DNA of 63,929 nt, filler included, from Reclinomonas americana ATCC 50394 (GCA_048213135.1; 20 parts of 20 records of this genome joined end to end with filler, not necessarily neighbours in it), one strand, 5' to 3'. Counted from the first letter of the whole stretch, positions 18,860-30,493 are shown. Translations and numbers: made by a program. Notes: a model not told the origin generated them from the sequence alone.

Positions 18860-19263
18860 CGGACAATGCGCTTACCGCTGACTATCCGATCCGGCGGCTG
18901 CTGCAGACTCGTTGGAACGACAACGACTCGAACGGGCACCTGAACAATGCGGTTTACATCGAGCTGTTCGACACCCTCGTCAACACGTGGCTCGCCGAGC
19001 ACGGTGCAGACGCAAGTTATCTACCGGTCGTCGCTGAGACGCATTGCCGGTACCTGCGCGAACTTGCTTTCCCGGCACCCGTGACGGGCCTGCTCCGCAT
19101 CACACGGCTCGGCCGCACCAGCGTCACCTACGAACTCGCTCTCGCTAACGACAAGGAACAGCTCGCAGCCGAATGCCGATGGGTTCACGTCTACATCGAC
19201 CGCGACAACAGACGCCCCGTTCCGTTGCCCCCGCATGTGCACGCAGGAGCGTCAACGCTCTGA
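18856..19263 (+). CDS. Acyl-CoA thioesterase (4HBT hotdog fold)
   Basis: RWNDNDSNGHLNNAVY; GTGA overlap with the ADH gene. Confidence 0.9.
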   Translation: MTDNALTADYPIRRLLQTRWNDNDSNGHLNNAVYIELFDTLVNTWLAEHGADASYLPVVAETHCRYLRELAFPAPVTGLLRITRLGRTSVTYELALANDKEQLAAECRWVHVYIDRDNRRPVPLPPHVHAGASTL

Positions 19264-20915
19264 TCGCGCGTGCGAAACAACCGAGTGCAGTAGCAACGCG
19301 ATCCGCAACCGGGTCGCGTGAAGATCAGACTGCCAATCGGAACCGAGCAGCTGTCCCACCCGTTCGAGCCGTTTGACAACCGTGTTGGCGTGCACGTACA
19401 GCTCCCTGGCCGTCCTTGCAACATTCATACTGTTGCGGAAGTAGCTCGACACGGTGCCCACCAGGTCGGTGCCGTGATCCGCGTCGTAACCCTGCAATGG
19501 GGCCAGCGTGCGCTCGAGGAAGGTGGCAAGATCGCGCTCGCGCCCTGGCACAAAAAGCAGTGAGAACGGTGCCAACTCACTCGTAGTGAAGCCCCGACCA
19601 CGTACCTGCATCCCGTACAGCATCGCTGCACACCGGTGTGCCTCGTCGTAAGCATCACGTAGGCCACCGGAATCTCCGGCAACTAGGCTCGAGACACACA
19701 CCACCGAATCGATCTGCATCCGCGCAGTGAGGATCTCGGTCAATTGATCGGTCAGGACGCCCGGGTCGTCGGTGGCCGCGAAAGCCGCGACCGAACCGTT
19801 TGCTCACCGCCGATCCCGCCATGCTCGGCGGCGAAGTCTGCCACAGCGCGTCGTACGGCGAGGTAGCGGTCAGGTTCTGCGACCACCGAAATCGCGGCGA
19901 GATTTCGGTGAAGATCGACACCTCGACGGCTAGCCCGGGCGAGCGTCGCAGCCGAGGGCACGCCGCGACTCTGCACGATCTCGTTGAGCAATTCTCCGCG
20001 CACCCGTTCCTCAGCGTCGAGTATCGACTGCTGCTGGAGCGAAAGCAGGGCCACAATGCGCGCGGCGCGTTCCATCGCTCGAAGTTCTTGGACAGATAGA
20101 TCAGCATCAGCGACGAGGATCAGCGCCCCCCACGACGATTCGCCGGCGGTGACGGCGCTAACGTGCCGGAACCCTTTGCCCGCCTTTTCCACGACGGGAT
20201 GCTGGGCATGCTGGCTGGCACGCACCTGCGCGATCACTTCTGACGATGCCTCCTTGGCTCCGGTATCCGACGCGATCACGCGATCGAAGCGGTCGAGCAT
20301 CATCAGCTCGCCAGGGAGCACGTCACGGATGGCTGTCATCACCGCTCGGAAGTCTGCACCTTCGACGGCTAGATGGATGAGGTCTGCGTGCAGCTGGGCC
20401 GCGCGCTCTGCCGCATCCATATCATCGCCGATGTCCGCCGCTGTGCGCTGCAACCGGGACACTAGCCGCGAGTTTTGAATGGCGATCGATGCCAGTTCGG
20501 CGAACTGTTGCAACACCGATACCTCGCTTGCCCCGAAGGAGCGCTCGATGCGGTTAGCCGCGTACAACACGCCCTGGCGCTCACCGTTCGAGATCATCGG
20601 GACACCGAGCACCGAGCGCAGATCGTCGCCGCTGAGTGTGCTGTCGAGAGCCGCATCGTGGACGAAGCTGTCGGACTTGGCATAATCCGGAGTCCACAGC
20701 GGAGCCTGGGTTTCGTAGATGCGCGCCATCATCCCGAAGCCGTCCGGCACCCGCGTGTGCATGAACTCCGGGGTGTTGAGGCCCACGCTGGCCTTGACGA
20801 AGTGCGTCTGATCCGATGGATCTGACAACAGCAGATACGTGGCGTCGGCCGAGGGGATCACAGCCTGGGCAGACCGCACGATGGCTCGAGACGCCTCCTC
20901 CTGCTGTACGGCCAA
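19252..20915 (-). CDS. GAF-domain PucR/CdaR family regulator; 5' end uncertain, one homopolymer frameshift near 19800
   Basis: GAF (LGVPM..GVLYAANR) plus C-terminal HTH (TARELYVHANTVVKRLERV); one extra A joins the two ORFs. Confidence 0.85.
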
Positions 20916-21100
20916 GGCGGATGTACGGTACAGCAGACGGATCGACCAGAAGAAGGTTGCTCAGGTCGACACGCTCACAGCGCTAGGTACTTCAGGCATT
21001 NNNNNNNNNNNNNNNNNNNNNNNNNNNNNNNNNNNNNNNNNNNNTTAATTAATTAANNNNNNNNNNNNNNNNNNNNNNNNNNNNNNNNNNNNNNNNNNNN

Positions 21101-22160
21101 GATCGAAGCTGAGGATGTCGGATTTGTGACCTTCGGAAACGCAGTGAGCTCTCTCATCACCGGGCAAGCGATGATCCAGGGCGAACTCGCGCTGCTCGAC
21201 ACCTCACTTGCGGGGCTGCCGATGCTCAACGTCGAAAATGCCTGTGCTTCAGGCTCAACCGCCGTCCAGCTGGCTGTGATGGCAGTCGCTGCGGGCCGTG
21301 CCGACACTGCCATCGCCGTCGGCGCGGAAAAGATGTCGCACCCCGACAAGCAACGATCTTTGGACGCGCTCGGGAGCGCCATCGATGTGACATCGCCCGC
21401 ACCCGCGGGAGGGGCGTCACGCAGCTCGGTTTTCATGAACCTGTACGCACAGGAGGCTCGACGGTACATGGCCGAAACCGGCGCGCCCCTCGAGGCGCTT
21501 GCCGAGTCGGCCGTCACAGCGCACCTGCATGGGAGCCTCAACCCGAAAGCACAGTACCGACAGGCGCGCACGGCACAGGAAGTTCTCGACTCGCGTCTCA
21601 TTGATGACCCGCTCACTCTTCTGATGTGTTCGCCCATTGGCGACGGCGCGGCAGCGGTCGTGGTGTCCCGCCACAAGCCCTCCGGCGACGCGATCGCGAT
21701 ATCCGGGTTTGCTCTCAATTCCGGTCGCCGCAACGAAGGAGGCGCTCTGGTCACCCGCACAACTACCGAGGCGCTACGCCAAGCCGGGCACGCACCAGCA
21801 GACGCCGACGTGATCGAGCTGCACGACGCCGCCAGCCCCGCCATGCTCGTGATCCTTGAAGAGATGGGCATCGCCGAGCACGGCGAGGCCTGGAAGCTTG
21901 CCCTTGACGGGCAACTGCGTTACACCGGCACCCGGCCGGTCAACACCAGCGGCGGCCTGGTCAGCCGCGGGCACCCGATCGGCGCCACCGGCGTAGCCCA
22001 GTTGGTCGAACTCGCTGACCAACTCCGCGGACGGGCCGGCAAACGGCAGGTCTCCAACGCCGCCCGCATCGGCATCGCACAAAACGCCGGGGGCGCCGTC
22101 ACCCTAGACGACCCGTACACACCCGCAGTGTGCACCGTAACCGTGCTGGAGCGGCTGTGA
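21101..22160 (+). CDS. Thiolase family protein (SCP2-type), 5' partial
   Basis: VENACASGS, CSPIGDGAAA, ELHDA, GHPIGATG. Confidence 0.92.
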
Positions 22161-22942
22161 ACGACCAGCCGTCGACCATCGACGGCCAAGTCACGTCGAC
22201 GGTTACAGGACGCGTGCTCGTCATCGAGATCGACCGCCCCGCTCGACGCAACGCCATGACGGTGCAAATGGCGACCGAACTCCAGGTGGCGCTGGAGCGC
22301 CTAGATTCTTCACCCGAGCTGCGTGCAGGCGTGCTCACCGGAACCGGCGGCTACTTCTGCGCGGGCCAAGATCTCAGCCAAGCCGTACGGGGCGAATTTG
22401 CACGCACGACCGATCGAGGGTGGTTCGGCATAGTGGACCGACCACCAACTAAACCGCTCGTCGTTGCGATCGAGGGCTTCGCTCTCGCAGGCGGGCTCGA
22501 GATTGCACTGGCAGGCGACATCATTGTTTCAGGTCGTCAAGCGCTCTTCGGCATCCCCGAGGTGCGCAATGGTCAAGTCGCCGCCGCGCGCGGACTCGCC
22601 CGTCTGCCGCTGCGTCTGCCATATTCACTCGCGAGCAAGCTAGCTCTCACCGGTGATCCGGTAGGTGCGGACGTCATGTATCAGCACGGTCTCGTCAGCG
22701 ACATCGTCGACGACGGATCGGCTCTCCCGGCCGCCGTCGAGATCGCCGAACGCATCGCTGCAAACCCGCCCGAGGCGGTGCGAATCACTCTCACGGCTCT
22801 CCGGGACACCATCGCCCTCACAGAGAGCGCAGCGTGGGCGATTCAAGCACAGACGCTCAGCGTCTACGCATTAGCTGGCACCCCCGAATACCAGGAAGGC
22901 GTGACCGCCTTCCTCGAAAAACGCGCACCCCGCTGGCCGTAA
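22157..22942 (+). CDS. Enoyl-CoA hydratase/isomerase
   Basis: FCAGQDL, ALAGGLEIAL, FGIPEV. Confidence 0.92.
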   Translation: MNDQPSTIDGQVTSTVTGRVLVIEIDRPARRNAMTVQMATELQVALERLDSSPELRAGVLTGTGGYFCAGQDLSQAVRGEFARTTDRGWFGIVDRPPTKPLVVAIEGFALAGGLEIALAGDIIVSGRQALFGIPEVRNGQVAAARGLARLPLRLPYSLASKLALTGDPVGADVMYQHGLVSDIVDDGSALPAAVEIAERIAANPPEAVRITLTALRDTIALTESAAWAIQAQTLSVYALAGTPEYQEGVTAFLEKRAPRWP

Positions 22943-22990
22943 GCCACATAGACCCGACACAACACCCCTTACAACGACGTAGGAGACACC

Positions 22991-23357
22991 ATGACCATTC
23001 CCAACGCAACACGACGCCGCGACAGCGCGACGCCCGCGCCGGCCAACCAGGGTCGACGTTCTTCACTGGCCGGCTTCTTCGGTAGCGCGCTCGAGTACTA
23101 CGACATGTATATCTATGCCTCGGCGTCCGCCCTCGTGTTCAGCCGCGTGTTCTTCCCCGATGCCGGCGCACTCGGGCTCTTGCTCGCGCTCAGCACATAT
23201 GGCGTGGCCTACCTGGCCCGCCCACTCGGCGGTTTCCTCGCAGGACACTTCGGCGACGCGTGGGGGCGACGCAACGTGCTCATCGCCACGCTTCTGGTTA
23301 TGGGAATCGCGACCTTCGCGATCGGATGCCTTCCCGCATACGACTCTGTAGGGCTGC
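22991..23357 (+). CDS. MFS metabolite:H+ symporter, 3' partial
   Basis: GSALEYYD, ARPLGG..GHFGD.WGRR. Confidence 0.9.
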
Positions 23358-23457
23358 NNNNNNNNNNNNNNNNNNNNNNNNNNNNNNNNNNNNNNNNNNN
23401 NTTAATTAATTAANNNNNNNNNNNNNNNNNNNNNNNNNNNNNNNNNNNNNNNNNNNN

Positions 23458-23835
23458 CTGCAGATCGTCGGGCGCGCAAAAGACATGATCATTCGGGGCG
23501 GAGAGAACATCTATCCGGCGGAGATAGAGGCTTTCTTGGCAACGCACAGCGCCGTCGAAGAGGCCTACGTCGTCGGAGTCGAGGACAAAACGTACGGTGA
23601 AGAGGTGGTTTCCTTCGTGCGTCTCCACGAATCATCAACGCTTACTGAGGCGGATCTGATCGCGTTCTGCGAGGGACGCATCGCTCGTTACAAGATCCCG
23701 AGGGTTTGGCACGTTGTCTCGGGGTTCCCGCAAACCGCTACAGGGAAAGTGCAAAAGTTTCGCCTGCGTGAGATGGCGCAGGAATACGCCAGTGGTGCTC
23801 GAGCGGATCTCTCGTACACCGAGATTGTGGGTTGA
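23458..23835 (+). CDS. Acyl-CoA synthetase (AMP-binding), C-terminal fragment
   Basis: IVGRAKDMIIRGGENIYPAEIE, PQTATGKVQK. Confidence 0.92.
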   Translation: MQIVGRAKDMIIRGGENIYPAEIEAFLATHSAVEEAYVVGVEDKTYGEEVVSFVRLHESSTLTEADLIAFCEGRIARYKIPRVWHVVSGFPQTATGKVQKFRLREMAQEYASGARADLSYTEIVG

Positions 23836-24039
23836 GGCAGCGTTGGGGCCGTTTTCGGTGAGGTCGGTCCGCTCGTCGCGCAACGGCCGCCATTCGCAGA
23901 GGCGGGTGACGAACGAGTGTCGAGGCGGGGTTCGTGGCCATCACCGGGTGGGTAGGGGAGAAGCGGTTACCCGGGGACTGAGTAGTCAGGCCAAAGTGAG
24001 CGGTATCGGCGCGTCATCACCCAGCGACTTGTAGCCGGT

Positions 24040-24460
24040 TCAGCCGCGTAGTGCCTCAACTGGCTCGATGCGAGACGCGCGCAGCGCCGGAGAGGAACCG
24101 GCAGCGATCCCGACAAGGACGCCTGCGAGCGGACCCCCAACTGCTACCCAAACGTCGATGACAGGCGACCATCCAGATCCGAGCGACACCGCAATGATCG
24201 CGCCTACCGCCACGGCGGCGCCGCCGATCCCGCCGACCGCGCCGAGGATTGCGGACTCCAGCATGAACTGGCTGGCGATCTGCCGCTTTGTGGCGCCGAG
24301 TGCCCTTCGTAGTCCGATCTCCGCCGTGCGTTCCGAGACGGACAAGGTGGTCACGGCAGTGATGCCGAGGCCAGCGGCGAGAAGCATGACGACCGAAAGC
24401 ACGAGGAATACAGATCCCAGGTCGCTCTGCACGCTCTGCTGAAGATTGGACTCGCCGGTC
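24040..24460 (-). CDS. ABC transporter permease (MacB/FtsX type), C-terminal fragment
   Basis: SVSERTAEIGLRRALGA, PALRASRIEPVEALR. Confidence 0.9.
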
Positions 24461-24560
24461 NNNNNNNNNNNNNNNNNNNNNNNNNNNNNNNNNNNNNNNN
24501 NNNNTTAATTAATTAANNNNNNNNNNNNNNNNNNNNNNNNNNNNNNNNNNNNNNNNNNNN

Positions 24561-24904
24561 CCTGTCACGACCGCCGGTCCGGCCAGCTCGCCCGTCTCAA
24601 CGGTCACGTCGATTGCTCCGGCGTACATGACATCGCCGCGCAGAGATATCTCGTTGGCGAGCTCACCGAAAACCACAGGTGCCGTTACCGGACCCGCGGG
24701 CGGTGCGGTCGTGGCAGCAGGTGCCAGTGTGCGCCCGACGATGAGACCTGCAGCGAGGGCCAGGACGGCGATGCTGGCGGTGAATGCCAACACCCGGTTT
24801 CGTTTGAGGATCGGGAGCAACCGCGATAGTTTTTGGCGCCGAGCAGACACGGGTTGCGCCTCATCGATGATGAGATCGTCCGAAACCACTTCCGTATTGG
24901 TCAT
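24561..24904 (-). CDS. Efflux adaptor-like membrane-anchored protein, 3' partial
   Basis: Single TM helix; operon position between lipoprotein and permease genes. Confidence 0.55.
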
Positions 24905-25947
24905 CGGTCGTTTCGCTGTTCGTACGCGGCCCGCAGCGCGTCGAGCGCTTCGCGGTTGTCAGCCATGAACTGCTCTTCCTGCTTGAAGGCGATCGCGTCG
25001 TAGGTGTCGCGATAATTCACCTGTGTGCGGCAGTCGAGGTCGATCAGAGCTAGTTCGCGCTCGGTAGCGGCGAGAGCCTCCAGGTCAGCAGTGGCCGGTG
25101 CAACGAAGCTGCTGAGCTCGCTGCCCGGGGGGTTTACCGATGCGATCAGATCACTCTGCAGGGAGCGGATGCTACGAGGAGCGTCCGACTGTCGGGTGAA
25201 TCCCGAATGGCCGCTATCGTTCATGCACGCCGCCCATTCGGCCTCGAGCTCGGCGACGCCAGGCCAGGAAGCGAACGATGAGTAGAAGGCGTCAATCGCT
25301 TCGAATGTGGGCGCGTACTCTTCGCTGTCGCTCGGATCGCTGCCCTCTACTGCCACGATCGCAGCGCCAGAGCAACCGGCGTCGACAAGCTCCACCGTCA
25401 CCCCGCCATCCTGAGGACCCCAAAGAGCGACCTCGTATGCCTCGCGCTGCGCTGGGCTCAGTCCGTCGATATACGACTGATTGGGGTTCACGATCACACT
25501 CGAACCGCCGGGAGTGTCCGTCACCGGATCGGTGAGCAAGCGCTCGGGGTTCTGTGCGAAGCCATAGCCGTACTCGCTGACCCACCCCGGGTCGTCTCGA
25601 TCCCCATCAGCGACGCCCTCACCATCCCGCCCAATCTCTTGGAACTCGGTGCGCACGGGAGCAGGGATGTAGTCGAACCCTTCAGTTTTCATACACGCCG
25701 CGACACGGTTCTGTATCTCGGTCTGCTCCGCAAAGTCCTGGTCCGAGCGCTCCTGCGGGCTCACGTCCAGCCCGTAGATTTCGTTGAGGAAGTCGTCGAG
25801 CGGAGAGACGGGTGCAGCGGGAGAGCTCGACTCGGTGGGGCGTTGACCACCCTCCGTCTCGCCCGTCGGGAGAGCGGTGGGGGCGGCGCAGGCGGTGAGC
25901 CCGGCGAGGAGTGCCACCGTGGTGGCGGCGGAGAGAATGCGCTTCAT
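24901..25947 (-). CDS. Lipoprotein
   Basis: MKRILSAATTVALLAGLTAC lipobox; repeated ACM..G motifs. Confidence 0.8.
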   Translation of the reverse strand: MKRILSAATTVALLAGLTACAAPTALPTGETEGGQRPTESSSPAAPVSPLDDFLNEIYGLDVSPQERSDQDFAEQTEIQNRVAACMKTEGFDYIPAPVRTEFQEIGRDGEGVADGDRDDPGWVSEYGYGFAQNPERLLTDPVTDTPGGSSVIVNPNQSYIDGLSPAQREAYEVALWGPQDGGVTVELVDAGCSGAAIVAVEGSDPSDSEEYAPTFEAIDAFYSSFASWPGVAELEAEWAACMNDSGHSGFTRQSDAPRSIRSLQSDLIASVNPPGSELSSFVAPATADLEALAATERELALIDLDCRTQVNYRDTYDAIAFKQEEQFMADNREALDALRAAYEQRNDR

Positions 25948-26106
25948 TTCGTTGACCTTTCGGAAGTCGTGCTTCGACTCTCGCCGGGGAACACCGCAAC
26001 GGCATCGGTGATTCGGGTGGAGAACATCGGCCGAACGGCCGATGTTCTCCACCTACGTGATGCGTATCGTGGACGCGTGCGGAAATGGTTCGGCTCGGGC
26101 GCCTCG

Positions 26107-27279
26107 ATGGCGAGTGACATCGTGTTGGCCGCGCTCGCGCTCGCCATCGCGCTCGGTGTCATGGGCTTGGCGGCAGGGGCCGGGTGGTATCCGAGCGATG
26201 TCGCGAGTTTCCAGACCTCCACCGTGCTAGCAGCCGCGACCTGGCCGCTCTCGCGACGTTTTCCCCGCAGTACTCTCGTCGTTGTCGCCCTCGTCGTCGC
26301 GTCACCGGCTTGGTACTTCCCGGTCCCTGAGATCCGCGTGTTGCCTCTCGTCGTCGCTGCCTTGCGAGCTGCATCCTTTGGAACGTCTTTGGCTCTCGTT
26401 CTGCCGGTAACGTTCGTCGCCGGTTTTGCGGCGGTGTTTCAGGTCACGGTCCTCGTGCTCTTCTATTCGGTTCTCGGCGGTACTCCCGTGCTCGCGCCCC
26501 CTGACGATCTGTCACGCTGCGTTCTTACGCTGATCGTTCTTCTGGTCGTCGTGGCCCTGGGACGCGGGATCGCAGTTCAGCGCAGCGCCGCTGTCACGTT
26601 GCGCGCGCACAACGAGGAACTCATTGCTTTGCGTGAGGCCGATCGCGCGCGCGTGGCGACTGAGGTGCGCACAGCCGTGGCTCGCGACATCCACGACATC
26701 GTCGCTCATCATGTGAGCGCCATGGTCATCCGCGCTCAGGCTGCAGAACGCACAGCCGGTCATGACGCGCCTCTGCTGCGTGAAACACTGCATGCGGTCG
26801 CTGACGATGGCCGCGAGGCGCTCTCCGCGATGCGCAGGGCGGTGCGGATGCTGCGCCATGATGCCGCATCCGGTGCGCAGTCACGGGAAGTGGGCGGCGA
26901 GTTCGCCGCGATCGTCGAACGAGTGCGGGCGAGCGGACGCGCGGTTGACGTTTCGGGGTCGCCGGGAGGTGACACCGAGTATGCGCAACTTGCGATGCTG
27001 CGCATCGTGCAGGAAGCGCTCACCAACGTGCTGCTGCACTCGGATGCGGGCGCGGTGCGCATCGATTTCACGTCGGATGCTGCCGGTGTCACAGCCACCG
27101 TGACGGACGACGGAACTGGCACCGCCCCTCCGCGACCCGGCGGCGGCAACGGTATCCCCGGGATGATCGAACGCGCCCAGGCCTTGGGTGGCACGCTCGA
27201 CGCCGGCCCGTGCGGCACGGGCTGGAGGGTCGCCGTGAGCCTGCCCCGCGCTGGCCTCGATCCGGAAGGCGTTTCATGA
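26107..27279 (+). CDS. Membrane sensor histidine kinase (HisKA_3)
   Basis: ARDIHDIVAHH, RIVQEALTNV, DDG.G, GNGIPGMIER. Confidence 0.92.
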   Translation: MASDIVLAALALAIALGVMGLAAGAGWYPSDVASFQTSTVLAAATWPLSRRFPRSTLVVVALVVASPAWYFPVPEIRVLPLVVAALRAASFGTSLALVLPVTFVAGFAAVFQVTVLVLFYSVLGGTPVLAPPDDLSRCVLTLIVLLVVVALGRGIAVQRSAAVTLRAHNEELIALREADRARVATEVRTAVARDIHDIVAHHVSAMVIRAQAAERTAGHDAPLLRETLHAVADDGREALSAMRRAVRMLRHDAASGAQSREVGGEFAAIVERVRASGRAVDVSGSPGGDTEYAQLAMLRIVQEALTNVLLHSDAGAVRIDFTSDAAGVTATVTDDGTGTAPPRPGGGNGIPGMIERAQALGGTLDAGPCGTGWRVAVSLPRAGLDPEGVS

Positions 27280-27555
27280 CTGGGGCCGCGTTGAGCGTCG
27301 TCGTCGTCGATGATCAACCGGTCATTCTCGCAGGTCTGCGTGCCATGCTCGACGCCGAACCCGATCTTTCTGTGACCGCTGTCGCCGTCGACGGTGTGGA
27401 CGCGATCACGGTAGCCGGTCGGCTGCGCCCTGACGTCGTCCTCATGGACATTCGGATGCCGACGATGGATGGTATCGAGGCCACGCGGCGCATCGTCGCC
27501 AGTGGAACGGCAGGCGCGGTGGTCATGATCACCACCTTCGATGACGAGGCATACC
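27276..27555 (+). CDS. NarL-type response regulator, 3' partial
   Basis: VVDDQ, PDVVLMDIRMP, TTFDD. Confidence 0.92.
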
Positions 27556-27802
27556 NNNNNNNNNNNNNNNNNNNNNNNNNNNNNNNNNNNNNNNNNNNNT
27601 TAATTAATTAANNNNNNNNNNNNNNNNNNNNNNNNNNNNNNNNNNNNNNNNNNNNGAGAGTGGTACTCCCAGGGCGGCGATGCTCTCGGCGTCAGAATCG
27701 ATCGGTGTCCATGCGAACTCAACGACCGTGCGGGTGAGGAAGTCTCTGATCTCGTAGGTCTGTCGATCATGGCGTCCTCCGAAAGCTGGGCGCTTTCGTT
27801 CA

Positions 27803-28165
27803 CTACTGATTCTCGATCCTGTCGCGTTCTTCGATCAGTGCACGCCAGTCGACCGGCACTCGACCTCGCGGTCCGGGCGCGGGCTGCGATAGCGGATGGT
27901 GGGACGGTGCAACGAGTTCCGGCGCCGCTACCATCTGCTCTGTCCGGTAGCTCCAGAACCAGCTCTCGCCCGGTTCAAAACTTCGTATGATCTCATGATC
28001 GGTGTCATGGAAGTGGGCGGTGGCGTGTCTTCCCAAAGAGGTGTCACAGCACCCGATATGGCCACATGTCGCACATCGACGGAGGTGAACCCACCAGCCT
28101 CCGGCGTTCTCGCACTCCAGACATCCTTCTCCCGAGGGTGGGGTCTCTGGGATGACCTGGCTCAT
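27803..28165 (-). CDS. UBP-type zinc finger protein
   Basis: CLEC...WVHLRRCATCGHIGCCD...HATAH...RSFEPGE. Confidence 0.88.
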   Translation of the reverse strand: MSQVIPETPPSGEGCLECENAGGWWVHLRRCATCGHIGCCDTSLGRHATAHFHDTDHEIIRSFEPGESWFWSYRTEQMVAAPELVAPSHHPLSQPAPGPRGRVPVDWRALIEERDRIENQ

Positions 28166-28386
28166 CGTCGCTGCCTGTCTCGATGCGGTGTTGTCATGAG
28201 CCACAGGATAGACGAATGCGCGGTCTGTGCGAGAGAGCGAGAAATCGTTTGCATTGGTTGCACATTACATGCAATCTCCGGTTAGCTTGCGAAAAGGAAA
28301 TCCGCGTTGACTCTCGAGTAGACGTCCTCTCCAACTGCCGTGAGAGTGACCCTCCGTGGGTGATCCCGTCTAACGAAGGGAATGAC

Positions 28387-29013
28387 ATGAAGATCGCGAT
28401 CATTGGCTCGGGGCGCCTGGGTGGCACACTCCGACAAGGTTGGCAGGACGCAGGACACACAGTCGTCGTAGGGTCGCGCCAGCCGGCGGCTGGGGACGGT
28501 TTCCTGCCCATTGCGACTGCAGCTGCAGACGCTGAGGTGGTCGTCAACGCGACGCCGGGCGCTTTCAGTTTGGATCTTCTTTCCCGGCAACCGGCCGGCT
28601 GGCTCGACGACCGGATCCTGCTCGACGTCAGCAATGCGGACGACGGCGAGGGGAACCGGGTCTACCCAAATGACAGTCTGGCCGAGCGCCTGCAGTCGGC
28701 GTTCCCGCGTGCCCACGTCGTGAAGAGTCTCAACACCTTCAATCGCACGGTGATGGTCAACCCCGGCCTTTTGCCTCAACCGACGACAGTGTTCGTCTCC
28801 GGTGATCATCTGGGCGCGAAAACGACGGTGATTTCACTTCTTCATGATCTTGGGTGGACCGACGATGACATCCTCGACCTGGGGGCACTGAAAACGGCTC
28901 GAGCTACCGAGGCCATGATCGGTCTCTATTACGCGGTTCGCGACGCGGTCCACACGAGGGACTTCAATGTTCGCGTGGTGAGCGCCGCAGAGACGCCCGA
29001 CGAGGCAGAGTAG
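28387..29013 (+). CDS. NADPH-dependent F420 reductase-like oxidoreductase
   Basis: MKIAIIGSGRLG, DVSN, VVKSLNT. Confidence 0.88.
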   Translation: MKIAIIGSGRLGGTLRQGWQDAGHTVVVGSRQPAAGDGFLPIATAAADAEVVVNATPGAFSLDLLSRQPAGWLDDRILLDVSNADDGEGNRVYPNDSLAERLQSAFPRAHVVKSLNTFNRTVMVNPGLLPQPTTVFVSGDHLGAKTTVISLLHDLGWTDDDILDLGALKTARATEAMIGLYYAVRDAVHTRDFNVRVVSAAETPDEAE

Positions 29014-29098
29014 GGGAGTGGCGTGCCGTCACGGGATTGGCCCTCGATGAGCTGGCCGCGCGTGCGCCACGGGAACGGTATAGCCCCTCGGGAGGGTC

Positions 29099-29932
29099 TC
29101 AATGACGCGGGACGGCGTACATAGACGCCAGATAGGCCAGAGAAGCCTCGCTGGGGCTGCCCGGGGCCGGCGTGCCGACGAAGAGCTGCTGCCCGGGGGC
29201 GTCGAGCACATCGAACGTCTGATAGGTGAGTTCGATCAAACCCGTGTCCGGGTGGTTGAAGGTCTTTTGCGAGCGGGCCAGTCCGGCTACCGATTGGTCC
29301 TGCCAGAGCGCCTTGAACTCCGATGAGCGCTCAGTAAGCTCCGCAACAAGGGCGGTGATGCCGGGGTCTTTCGGGAACAGGCCGAGGTTGAGACGCAGGG
29401 CCTGTACCGTGGCGCGAGCCATGAGATCCCACTCGGGGTAGACCGTTCGTGCCTTGGGGTGTGTGAAGAGGATACGCGGCATGCTCGGTTCCTGATCGAA
29501 CGGCGAGAGAAGCGCGGAAGCAACGGGGTTGGCTGCGAGAACATCGAAGGCGGTTCCGAGCACGTAGGCGGCGGCGCGGGGGAAGGCGTCGAGCAGCACG
29601 AGAAGATCTGCGTGCACCTGGGTGCGGGGGTCATCGACTCCGAGCCGAGGATTGAGCCCGGCTAAGCGGTAGAGGTGGGAGCGAGCGTCGGGGTTGAGGC
29701 GCAGGGCATAAGCGATCGCATCCATCATCTGCGGTGAGGGGTTGCGCTCACGCCCCTGTTCGAGGCGGGTGTAATAGTCGACGCTCACGCCGGCGAGGAC
29801 GGCGACTTCCTCTCGACGGAGGCCCGCTACTCGGCGCCCCGCGCGCCCACCGACCATACCAACATCAGCCGGGTCGACTGCTCCCCGGCGTCCCCGAAGA
29901 AAATCACCGAGCTCATTGTCTTCCACGCTCAC
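29099..29932 (-). CDS. XRE/MmyB-like transcriptional regulator
   Basis: GLRREEVAVLAGVSVDYYTRLEQGR. Confidence 0.92.
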   Translation of the reverse strand: MSVEDNELGDFLRGRRGAVDPADVGMVGGRAGRRVAGLRREEVAVLAGVSVDYYTRLEQGRERNPSPQMMDAIAYALRLNPDARSHLYRLAGLNPRLGVDDPRTQVHADLLVLLDAFPRAAAYVLGTAFDVLAANPVASALLSPFDQEPSMPRILFTHPKARTVYPEWDLMARATVQALRLNLGLFPKDPGITALVAELTERSSEFKALWQDQSVAGLARSQKTFNHPDTGLIELTYQTFDVLDAPGQQLFVGTPAPGSPSEASLAYLASMYAVPRH

Positions 29933-30301
29933 GTTGGGGAGCCTATCCGCCAGGTTCGGATTGATCCGGGGTGCTGCGCACCTATGAACATGCGGGATCT
30001 ATCTCGTGACGTGAACTCCGTAGTGCACGAAAGGGGCGCTCGTGTGTCAGATTCACGTCCCGGGTCTCTCGTGCCAGAGCGAAGAAGACGAGCGAGACAG
30101 CCGCCACGGCCAGCAGATACACCGAGATCGGTATGGTGCTGGCAAACGTCGAGTAAAGCATGGTGGCGATGAGGGGGAGCCAGCGCCCCTCCGAGGATGC
30201 CNNNNNNNNNNNNNNNNNNNNNNNNNNNNNNNNNNNNNNNNNNNNTTAATTAATTAANNNNNNNNNNNNNNNNNNNNNNNNNNNNNNNNNNNNNNNNNNN
30301 N

Positions 30302-30493
30302 GTCTCCGTAGTAACTGGAGGTGTCGATGAAGTTCACTCCCGCGTCAAGCACTTGGCGGATGAGGGTGATGGAGTCGTCGACGTCAGCTGCTCCGTAGGC
30401 CCCGGAAAACGGCATCGTGCCGAACCCGAGTCGATTGACCTCGATCCCGCTTCGTCCGAGGGGCATGCTCACCTCGTCTTCGACCTGGCTCAT
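30302..30493 (-). CDS. Aldo/keto reductase, 3' partial
   Basis: LGRSG..LGFGTM..GVNFIDTS.YYG. Confidence 0.85.

Larger units (their letters stand above)
17551..21000 (+). repeat. 62-bp exact direct repeat (17551-17612 and 20939-21000)
   Basis: GGATCGACCAGAAGAAGG...TTCAGGCATT present twice. Confidence 0.9.

Noticed and set aside
19790..19810. Apparent pseudogenisation or programmed frameshift of the PucR regulator (likewise the MmyB regulator at ~34755)
   Set aside because: Single-base homopolymer indels restore both genes; most likely sequencing errors.
25639..26106. N-terminal extension of the histidine kinase ORF
   Set aside because: Overlaps the divergent lipoprotein gene; the real start is probably ATG 26107.
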